A DNA stretch of 64,000 bases, taken from NCBI RefSeq assembly GCF_009914755.1, contig NC_060935.1; one strand, given 5' to 3'. Below are positions 26,385-39,058 of the stretch, piece by piece. The stretch comes from the human T2T-CHM13v2.0 reference genome, Homo sapiens. Within the stretch, counting starts at the first letter, position 1. Each line of letters starts with the position of its first letter. Under the pieces are notes generated by a model, which worked only from the letters and a program-made list of their open reading frames with translations, did no database searches and was not told the origin of the DNA. A program made the translations under genes and the position numbers.

Positions 26385-28659
26385 ACGTAAAGTACAGAAA
26401 ACAAACAAATTCTTCTACCTTCTTTCAGATTTCTCATTGGGATTATCCCAGAGAACTGAAGGGGGAGAAAAAGATAAAGGGAAAAGGAAAGAGTTGGGAA
26501 AAAATTACTAAACCAATGCATTAATCTACATCTGCTTTTTAAAGCAAATCATTTACACACATACTCACTGCTGTTTCTGAAGCTGGCTCAACAAAATGCT
26601 GAAAAAAAATCATTATAGAGGTACATGGCATATTATGCTGACATGAGTTTCTACAGCAGAGCCCCAGTCCTTTAAGAAGGATTTGGGTGAGAGAGCAGAA
26701 GACAGATTATTCTCATAAACACAAAAAAAGGTATGCAGATTCCAAGGTGACTACCACAGCTTTCTAGTGACAAATCGCCAGCAATCGGAGATGTTTGAAA
26801 TGTGAACTTGCTTAACCTTGCCTACTTTAATGGTTTATTTTAATAAGGGGAAGGATATTAAAACTCTCTATTAAGTTCAAACATGGAAGAAGAGGGCAAG
26901 AAAAAAATCCTAAACCCTGTAATTCCAACTTTTTTTAAAAAAGACTCACTGTAGCTAATTTCCTAATTTTACATATTATTTAAACATAGTCCAAAAGATT
27001 TTAGTTGCTACATAGCATTTTATTCTCCTTCTGTCCCGTATTTCTTTTTTAAAGAAATGATTTAAGGTACATGCATTCCATTTGTACCATTGGTTCATGA
27101 CATTCAAAGAGTTCATCATGCACACAGGATCACCTGTGTACTTAGCTTAACTCTGTAGAAATCTCTCATCCCTAGGAAAGAACCTAGATTATTTTTATGC
27201 CATCCAAATGGGAGACTGTCCCAGATACCAGATGATGAAGGGGCCCCTGAGGGACCATAATGCTAACGTGCTATGAGCACTACAAAATTTGACTTCAAAG
27301 ATGCCTCTCAGTTTGGCAGGGCCTCCACATATGTCTGTGAATAATAAAGATGTGGTTGTCATTGGTGGTGGAAGCAAAGGGCGCGTGTCCTTGTGAATGT
27401 GACCACATTAGATTTAAGATAGAAGAAAGTCCTTTACAAGAAAACCAGAAAAAATGGTGTATCAATTTATGTGCTACAGACATGGTTGTGCTTCATTACT
27501 GTAGCATAGGATTAAAAACATAAATCTTGACCACTCTTCAGAGAGCCAGGGTTGAGCTACATAACATTTTTTCCTTAGTGCTGGCTTTTTGGCATTTTGG
27601 TCATTTCAACAATATTCGTTGGCCAACCTTCAACAAGTCACCACTTAACTAACTTTATTTATTTATTTATTTTTAGGAGCACATAAAGGTGAAGGGAATA
27701 CTTCTTTTCCAAAACAGATATGCTGGAGATTAACTTTAGAGTTGTTCTATTTCATCCTAAATTTTCCACTGCTTCTGTCCTGCAGTGAAGTCACAATACA
27801 TCTGTGACAGAATAACTCCCATGGCAACAGGCTGACATCATAAACACCAGATTAAGACTTGGCTGCAAAGCCAAAGGAGATGATGGGCTGGGAAGGAAGA
27901 GGCTATAATTCAAACAAATCTCTGCCATAATAGCTATGGGAATACTAAACATTACTGGCCAAGTAAATTGCTTTCTGTATAAGCGTTCTCTTTTTTTTTT
28001 TTGAAGTTTGCCCCAGTGTGAAAGTCTCTCTGTAAGTCAAAACCTTAGCATTATTTTAATGTACTGTGCTGTATTTAATAATCTTATGCTTCAGACATTA
28101 GTCTGTTACCATGGGAATGACAGCAGCATAAATACAGGATTATGGCTATCAAGCAGGAGAAAAGAAATTATGAATAAGCCTCGTTATGTTCAATAATTAG
28201 CAGCTACATGGAAAAAAACAAAACCATGAATTTAGGTTGATGCATTTATCTCAGTGTTTGAATACAACTCTGAGTGTGTTATTGCTTTAAAATGAGATTC
28301 TAACAAACTGCCAAAAACTTCTTGACTAGCAGTTGTTACTCAGTGCTATAATTTAAAAATTCATCCTGTCCATCTCTTTTTTCTCCTATTTATATTCTTC
28401 CCCAGCAGAAGATTGGTAACTAATGGGTAATACACAACATTCCAAGATAGATTCTGGTATCTTGAGCCAACATATCAGGAGAATGGTACAGAAAAACTGA
28501 ACATTACCAGCCCCTCTACCTTAGCTAACTGCAAAATGAACAACTTCCAAGGACTTGCTGCTACTCTCCCACAAAATGAAAAGTCTATGTATCAAGATGT
28601 AGAATAGTACAGCTAAGCACAAGGCTCCTCCCCAGTCAAAGAGGAGCAGAGAGTGAAGA

Positions 28660-28775
28660 TCACTATCAGTAAAAGCGCTGGCCTAGAGTTCCATCACTAA
28701 ACTGATATGTAACCCAAGGCAGGTCTTCTTTCTTTGAGTTTCAGTCTCATCATCTTTGAAGTGAGAATAACAGAG
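28660..28775 (+). mobile_element. MIR fragment
   Basis: ccatcactaaactgatatgtaacccaaggcaggtc...gagtttcagtctcatcatctttgaagtgag. Confidence 0.5.
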
Positions 28776-30159
28776 CATAAAAGTCAAACTTGAACCAACA
28801 CATGATCTGTATAGCTCATTTTTTTATTCTCAAGTGACAATAAGAGACATTGTACTCTATCATGTTTACGTTAATGACTAAGGAAGTGTACCATACAGTT
28901 AGAACTCTTAACAAGGCATGCACCCCTTTGCTAATTGTAGAACAGATTAACAAAATGGTGGATAAAAATTTTGAGACTAGCAAAGATGGTTAAAACAATA
29001 CCTCCCTAAACCCAGAGACTACATCCAAATATTGAAGAAAGTACTGCAGCAATGCCACAGCATCAAGTCTTCCCTGAATATTTGGGGAAATGGGCACATC
29101 GCCATACTTTTGGCATCCTATGGAATCACTCACCCTCTCTACAAGAGTATCATTACTCATTTTCCCATCCAAATCAGATGACAAGAACGAAATCTTAATC
29201 TACTCATAAACCAGTAAACACTTGACTAAGATCAACAGCTCCTTGGTACTTTCAAATTTCCTTAATCCCCTCTTCCGTGAGGTTTCTGCATTCAATGGCA
29301 GTGGCACAACACATCATTGGGGGAAAGTAATTTTAGAACGTGCCATCCAAATTAACTGGTCGTGAATAGGCTCTGATTAAAATATAAAAGGCTTTTAAAA
29401 TAATTTAAAATGATTCACTGGAACTAATTTGGAGATATTTTAATCTCTGAATGTGCAATGAACTGTAGTCTCCCTTGGCCCCAGCATCTCCTTAGAGAGG
29501 AACATTTCTTGTCAGGCCTTATGCCACTGGATTAGAGGTATTTGAGCCATATGAACTAAAATGGCCATGCCTGAATCTCCCCCTGACTTTTCTGACTTGT
29601 GTCTCTCCAACTTAAGCATGGTTCTCTTCCACGTTCCAAACCAAATTGTATATACTTCCCCTCTCAGTGAATATTGCTCATCTGTTTACTAGGCCAGATA
29701 GCTAGATAATTCTAAACACAACAATGTGACAATTATTTAAAGAATCACATGAGATCAAACAATCTCAGCTTACATTCTTTAGTCATTTGTTTAAATTCCA
29801 TTTTAGATTAAACAAAACAATATTTTCCCAACCTAATATTCTAACATATTTATTTACAGGGATTCCACTAAGGCCACTTGTGAAACAATATCTAAGCCAC
29901 ATTTAACTAGGCTCTTTTAATGTGACTATGACATTCAAGAAGATGGCTGATGCTTTAAAAAGTGCCTACTTAGACCCACTACAGATTCCTTTACAAAATC
30001 CTTTGGTGCCTGGTCTCCAAGATTTCCTGAATCTCAGCCAAAGACCCTTCAGATAACAGGAGGGAGAGTTAGTCTCTATTTTTATATGTTCTAGACATTG
30101 TTGTTTCTTTCTGAGCCATGGGATAGAGCTGGAAAGAAGAAATGAGCAACAAAATCTAT

Positions 30160-30360
30160 ATATTGGAGCACTGTGATAAGGATAGATATTCCCTGATTTA
30201 ATCTTCCCAACAATCTGATACGTAGTTATTATTACACCTATTGAGTAAATGAGGAAATAGAAGAAGAAAAAGATATCCAACTGAGTTATCACACAGTAAT
30301 GAAAAAGTGAAATTCAAACCTAATACAACTCCAAAACCCAAGTTCTTTCTGTTGTATCCT
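30160..30360 (-). mobile_element. MIR
   Basis: atttaatcttcccaacaatctg...attattacacctatt...aatgaggaaatag...tcacacagtaat...attcaaacct. Confidence 0.7.
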
Positions 30361-30573
30361 TACGAAAATCCAGTCTTCTTGAAAGTTGGAAGCTGGTCCT
30401 TTTATTCTTCTGTGCAATCTCAGAGACTACACATACAAAGAGTTCTTAACAAAACACGTATATCAAGTAAAAGAAGCAAAGTGTTTACAAGAAATTATCT
30501 AGTTTCTTTTGTCAAGCCAATCCCCTGGCCCAGACCAGACCAGAACAGAGCACACATGAGAAGTATGACTTAC

Positions 30574-30659
30574 TGCTACAGCATCAGAGAAGAGGAATGA
30601 AACCCTCAAAATCCATCCATTTTGAAGCTGATGTATCCAAGCATAAGATTGTCACTTAC
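30574..30659 (-). other. Candidate recursive-splicing site with 86-nt RS-exon
   Basis: Minus: tgttttctctcatatttcttttag|GTAAGTGAC...GCTGTAGCA|gtaagt; stop codons in all three frames. Confidence 0.4.
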
Positions 30660-31687
30660 CTAAAAGAAATATGAGAGAAAACACCATTATTGTAAATGTA
30701 GACATTCACCTCTCAGAAACTTTACCTACTAATATATTAAAACACACTTTAATTTTATAGTCAATGTATCCTGAGCACCATAGTATAAAAAGAGCTGTTT
30801 TTTTTCATCTTTCAATTTTTCAAAGCCATCCTCATTCTTTTTTTAACAGAGTATTTAAATTCCAGTCTTTTTTCTCACCTTTACCTGGAACAGTCTAACT
30901 TTTTGTGATGATAAAACATCTTTAAAATTCATGTATCTTCTCTCCAGAAAAATCACATATAGAAACCTCTTTCACATAGCGTTAGCCAGTTCACAGTCCA
31001 CCTGCGGTCTACCCACTGACCTATATGATGAACATGACATGAGAGCAGGCTGTAGGATATCCCTGAATCTTACACATGCTGCATAATTTGCTTTAGAAGC
31101 CCACAAAAACTTTAAATTTCCAGAAATGTGTGATGTACATACAAAATTCTGCACCCAGCCTATATAAAATGCTCATTCTTTTTCAGAATAAATGACATAT
31201 CAACAAAGAATTGGTCGATACTAGGTGGCAAAGAAAGTCTCTAGAAATAGCAAAGAAATGCTAGCTACTTAGATGCCAACTAGGTCTGTTGGCTATAAAA
31301 ACTTAAACAAATTAAAAACAAACAGACCAAATAATTACCAAGAAAACCTAAAAAAGAAAAACAGTGTACGTGTGTGTCTGTGTTCTACATCAGGATAGGG
31401 AAGAGGCAGGCACAACCAGATATTTCAAAATATTATACAGCTTCTACAAGTGAAAGAGTGTGGTTTTGCTGCGTGAAGAAACAGAATAGAATAAAACAAA
31501 AAGCTCAGAAAGTGAAAAAAGTATACATAGAAAATTGGTATATGATGAGACGTCACATCTCAAATCAATGTGGGAAAAGATGGCCTTTTTAATAAATGAT
31601 ATTTGGACAACTGGACAGCCAATGGAAAAAAATTAAATTGCATTCATACTTCACATTATATATCAGAATACTGTCAAAATCAGACCT

Positions 31688-31784
31688 ACATATATATATG
31701 GTGGTGATATATATATATATATAATATATATATATATCTTTTATATATATAATATATATCTTTTATATATATGTATCATATATA

Positions 31785-31846
<62 letters not shown>
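31688..31846. repeat. Compound (TA)n/(TG)n microsatellite
   Basis: Seen directly; ends in about 20 TA units. Confidence 0.95.
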
Positions 31847-31849
<3 letters not shown>

Positions 31850-32467
31850 TTATTTGCTGGTGATATATATAAGCATGTAAAAAGATGCTCCACATCAGAT
31901 TTCATCAGGGAAATGCAAATTAAACAACAATGATGTATCACTGTATGCCTATTAGAATGGCCAAAATCCAGAACACCAATAACACCAAATGCTGGGGAGG
32001 GTGTGGAGCAGTAGGAATGCTCAGTTACTGCTGGCAGGAAGGCAAAATAGTACAGCCACTTTTGAAGACAGTTTGGCAGTTTCTTAAAAAAATAAACATA
32101 CTCTTACCATACAATTCAGCAATAATGCTCCTTGGTATTTACCCAAGAGTTGAAAACTTATGTCCACACAAAAACCCGCACGCAGATGTTTATGACAGCT
32201 TCATTCGTAATTGCCAAAACTTGTAGGCAACCAAAATGTCCTTCACTAGGTGAATCAATAAACAAACTGTGGTATACACAGACAATAGAATAGTATTCAG
32301 CGTTAAAAAGCAATGAGCTATCAAGCCATGAAAAGACATAAAGGAACCTTAAATTCATATTAATAAATGAAGAAGCCAAACTGAAAAAGCAACCATACTG
32401 CATGATTCCAGCTATATAACATCCTGGAAAAGACAAAACTACAGAGACAGTAAAAAGATCAGGGGTT

Positions 32468-32763
<296 letters not shown>

Positions 32764-33382
32764 AAAAAGATCAGGGGTTGCCAGGGATATAAGGGAAGAA
32801 GGAATGAACTGGCAGAAGGCAGATGATGTTTAAGGCAGGGAAAATACTGTATAATGATGAATATGTGTCATTATACCTTTGTTGAAACCGACAGAATGGA
32901 CAACACCAAGAGTGAACCCTGATGTAAACCATGGACTTTGGGTGATAACGGTGTGTCAGTGTAGGTTCATCAACTGCAACAAATGTACCACGCTGGTAGA
33001 GGATGTTGACAACAGGGAAGGCTATGCATGTATGGGGACAAGGAAATCTCTGTACCTTCTTTTTAATTTTGCTGTGAATTTAAAACTGCTACAAAAAATT
33101 AAGTCTTTTTTAAGAAAAAGCCCAACACCCCCACAAAAAAAAACCCACATAACTTTTGAAAGAAAACTTGAAGTCTGTTATAAAGTTAGAGAAAAGGCAG
33201 ATCCAGAAATAATAAAAAATAACTTTGTGTACATAAAAATGTATTTTATAAAAACCCTTGTGCATAGCAAAATAAAACAAAATGCCATCAGCCAAAAGAC
33301 AAATGATATACTTGGAAAAACAATGTTCGCAACCTATCACAGACAAGGGAATTATAATGCCTAACATATAAAAAGCTCCTAA

Positions 33383-33699
<317 letters not shown>

Positions 33700-34722
33700 C
33701 TAAGAAATCTAAAAGAAAAATACCAGCATTCCCACAGAAAAATAGGCAAAGGACATAAACAGGGAGTATACAGAAGAATAAGCAAAAATGGCTCAAAACA
33801 TGTGAACTGATGCTCAACTTTATTCATAATAAGAGACATAACATTTTTTTTTTCACTGATCAGATTGGCAAAACTCCAAGTTTGACTACATACTCCGTTT
33901 ATGAGGCTGAGGGGAAATAGCACCTTTGTATGTTACTGGTGAGAAGGCAAAAGGGTATAAAACTCTAAATGAAGGGAGTTAGGTGCTAGCAGAGATGTAG
34001 AAGTAGATTTATAAATCAGTACAGAGGTAAACATAACTCACTAGAGAAATGATGGACTCTTCAATAAATGGTACTGATAGAACTGCAACTAACAAATGTG
34101 GAAAGGATGATGGGAATAGAAATCATTTAGCAAACACCATAGGAAAGAATGCATGCTAAAATTACAAAGAGAAAAACAGTAACTTCACTGTGGAGAAACG
34201 TGGCAGACACCACCTTAGCCAAATGATTGAAGTTAACGTTGCCAATAACAGGATAAATGGGTATTATAGACTTCCTCATACGTTACACTGAGGACACAAA
34301 TCACATTCTTGCAAACAAATGCATAACAAATTCAACCATGAGAAAATATCAAAAAAATCCAAACTGAGGGACATTCTTCAAAATATCTGGCCAGTACTCT
34401 TCAAAACTATCAAGGAAGGTCATAAAAGACAAAGGTGGACTGAAAAACAGTCACAGATTAAAGAGACATCACTAGTCAATGCAATGTGTAATCCTGAATC
34501 GAATCCTGGAGCAGCAAAAGGTTGTTAGTGAGAACAACTAAGAAAATTTGAATAAAGTCTGGAGATTAGATAATAGTACTGAACCACTGCAAACTTTCTG
34601 ACTTGATGGTTCTACAGTGGTTATGTAAGATGTTAACATTTGGAGAATCTAGATGAAACGTCTATGGGAATTTTTGGCATTGTTTTTGCAATTTTTTTTT
34701 TGGTAAGTCTGAAAATAGTTAA

Positions 34723-35662
<940 letters not shown>

Positions 35663-35857
35663 TTAAATAAGCAAAAAGCAAAACCATAAAGGAAAAGATT
35701 GAGTTTGCCTGCATTAAAATTAATATAAAAGTTTTATAAAACAAAAAATAACATAAATAAAAATAAAAAAAAACAAGCCATATACTTAATTGCATATAAC
35801 CCGCAAGGATTAGTATTCAGAACATAAAGAATTTCCACATTTCCACATTATCAAGAA

Positions 35858-36011
35858 GGCCAGGCACTGTGGTGCACGCCTGTGGTCTCAGTTATTTGGG
35901 AGGCTGAGTTGCGGGGATCACTTGAGCCCCCGAGGTCAAGACTGCAGTGAGACACTCCAGCCTGGGCAACAGAACAAGACCCTGCCTCAGGAAAAAAAAA
36001 AAAAAAAAAAA
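35858..36011 (+). mobile_element. Alu right-arm monomer (FRAM/AluJ-like) with internal deletion
   Basis: ggccaggcactgtggtgcacgcctgtggtctcag...gaggtcaagactgcagtgag...ctccagcctgggcaacaga, then A tail. Confidence 0.8.
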
Positions 36012-36140
36012 GACAAAACAAAATAATCCAATAGAAAAACAGCAAAGGATTCGGCATTAGGAAACTGAGAGAAGAGAAAACTCAACAGGCCAATAAATGT
36101 GAAATGATTCTCAACCTTACAAGTCAGTGAAATGCAGATT

Positions 36141-36399
36141 TTTGTTGTTGTTAAAGAGTCAGTGTCTCACTATGTTGCCCAGGTTGGTCTCAAACTCCTA
36201 GGCTCAAGCAATCCTCTCACCTCAGTCTCTCAAGTAGCTTGGACTACAGGCATGCAATCCTGGCTAATTTATTTTTATTTTTTTAAAGACGGGGTCTTGC
36301 TGTTGCCCATGCTGGTCTCAAACTCCTGGCCTCAAGCCAACTTCCTACCTCGGCTTCCTAAGTAGCTGGGATTACAGGTGCAAGCCAGTGTGTCCAGCA
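36141..36399 (-). mobile_element. Alu-family dimer made of two left-monomer (FLAM-like) arms
   Basis: Both arms read tgttgccca.g.tggtctcaaactcct; a single TSD gaaatgcagatt at 36129-36140 and 36400-36411. Confidence 0.75.
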
Positions 36400-37133
36400 G
36401 AAATGCAGATTAAAACAAGAAGGTATGTTTTCACTACCATCAAATCAATGAAAATTTTATTTTCTGGCAATACCAGTACTGGAATTGAAGAAGATACGAA
36501 GCTATGAGAGTTCTCCCACAGCACCTATGCTACCAGCCATGAGCACAATCACGTGGGAGAGCTTTATCCAAGAAAGCCAAAGATGTCCAAAGCAACTCCA
36601 CTTCCAGGTGTTACCCTAGAGAAATTCCTACCCACATTCAAAAGTAGAAGGCACACAGAAAGACACATATAAGAATGGTCATCCTTTCACTGGATGTAAC
36701 AGTCTACTGCAAACAAGAAAGAGTCCATCAACAGGAGAATAAATAAATAAACAGCGATATTCACAAAACATAAAATATATATAGCAGTGAAAATAAGTGT
36801 ACCAGAGCCACAGGCATCAAGATGAATCTCACCAATGAGTATGAAGGTAAAAAGCAAATTTCAGAATACAACAGCATAACAGCATTTATATCATTATGTT
36901 TAATATTTTATCTAAAACATGCAAAAATACTACACCCTACAGACAAACATGTTCGTAGGAAGATGACTGAAATGGACATGGGATTGATAAACAGTAAATT
37001 CAGGATTATAGTTCAATCCTAGGAGGAAGGATAAGGAGTAAGGTGAGGGAGGGGGCAGACACGAGAGAGGACGTCCAAACACGGCATAGTGTTAAGATGT
37101 GACAAAGCTAGGCGTGGTTCTATAAGCTTTTCT

Positions 37134-37646
37134 ATATATGTGAAATATACAACTTCAAAAGGCATCTGCATCATAAAATGTAGGCCTTTACTCTTAAATG
37201 ATTCTTCAATTAGCTTTTGCTTAACTTTGGTTTCTTCAGTTTTCTCATGGGGATATTTCTTTTCTCCTTGACTTTATATTGGTATAAAAATGTAAATGGT
37301 ATCTTTAGACCCCATATGCTAAAATTAGGGCTGCCTTTTTGTTTCCTTAAAAATATCCAAATACTTCCTCCCTCATTATTCATATATTCACTCGCTTCCT
37401 TAAGGATTTCTATTCAGAAAAATTTTAACCAAATCCCTCTGGAGTATGCTAGACCCCAGAATATATAAAAGATGTTAAGATGTTTTAAAGAGGTTTGATT
37501 TTTAAAACAAAACAATTAAAAAAAATCCAGATCATTTAAGATGCCTTTACTGAAGATTAAACTAACAAAATCCCATTTCCATAATAAATTTAAAGAATAA
37601 ATACATGTGAAATATACACTTTTAAAAGGCATCTGCATTACAAAAT
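37134..37646 (+). repeat. 46-bp dispersed direct repeat (37134-37179 and 37601-37646)
   Basis: 40/46 identical in an ungapped manual alignment. Confidence 0.85.
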
Positions 37647-37785
37647 ATTTATAAATATTATATATTATATTTATACATTATAATTATATAATGTAATACT
37701 TATATAATTACATAATATTATATACCTTATTATAATAAATAATAAAATATTTATAAAGAATAAATATTAGGTTATATATTACTAA
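37645..37785. repeat. AT-rich low-complexity tract
   Basis: Nearly pure A/T. Confidence 0.85.
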
Positions 37786-37811
37786 GCAATTTGTATGTTA
37801 AGAAGTGATAT

Positions 37812-38117
<306 letters not shown>

Positions 38118-38758
38118 AAGTGATATATAGTCATAAAATGCCCCCACAGTTGAAGCATGGTAAAATGTAATCATCTAGTGTCGGGTGTATGTACAAGAGA
38201 GGCACTTTCCCATATCACACTAAAGTATTAAGTGTGATTGCTGCTGAATTTCACCAGGATTAACTGTAATGATTCACTACCTGAAAGATCAACATACTCT
38301 AGCCATAGACATGCTACAGAGGTTTGGGCGAAGGCTAAAAAAGACCCCATTCACCTCTTCGCTGAACTTTTCCAAGACTGCGGGTGCTATTGGTTGATAA
38401 TGTTAACAATGAATCCATTTCTCTGAAATATTAATTTCACAAGGCAAAATAATTTAGTTCTATGGTTCCCTAACCTTGGCTTTTGGTCTTTGAAGCTGAA
38501 CCGCTGGATGAGTTCAATGCAAATCTACCATCACCATAAGGAGAAAGAACCAAAGCACAGGTATGGTGTGTGGGCCAGCAGCATCTTGGTATAGAAAGGC
38601 TGGAGCATTTGTTTTCATTAAGTGCTGCCAAAATGCCTAGATATGCACCCAACAATCTGATATTCCACATTAGGAAGGTTTCAAAAATCCAGCCAAGAGG
38701 ACCACTTTTATTTCAAATTTAACTTCGAAAGGATGAGCTATCATGTAAAGGCAGAGTT

Positions 38759-39016
38759 GGCCAGGAACGGTGGCTCATGCCTGTAATCCCAACACTTTGG
38801 GAGGCAGAGGCAGGAAGATTGCCTGGGCAACATAGTGAGACCCTGTCTCTACAGATAATTTAAAAATTAGCTAGGTATGGTGGTGTGTGCCGTTTGGTCC
38901 TAGCAACTTGGGAAGCCAAGGAAGGAGGGTCACCTGAGCCTGGGGGGGTTCGAGGCTGCAGTGAGCCATACCATCGCACTCCAGCTTGGGTGACAGAAGG
39001 AAAGTAAGACCCTGTC

Positions 39017-39054
<38 letters not shown>
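38759..39054 (+). mobile_element. AluJ with left-arm deletion and long A tail
   Basis: J-type ttcgaggctgcagtgagcc; TSD aaaggcagagtt. Confidence 0.9.

Positions 39055-39058
<4 letters not shown>

Noticed and set aside
29120-29200. Strong donor AGG|gtgagt on minus
   Set aside because: No matching acceptor or promoter signal found upstream.
32879-33364. Longest ORF in the track (161 aa)
   Set aside because: Lies within L1 3'UTR/ORF2 remnants, has a non-ATG start and no recognisable domain.
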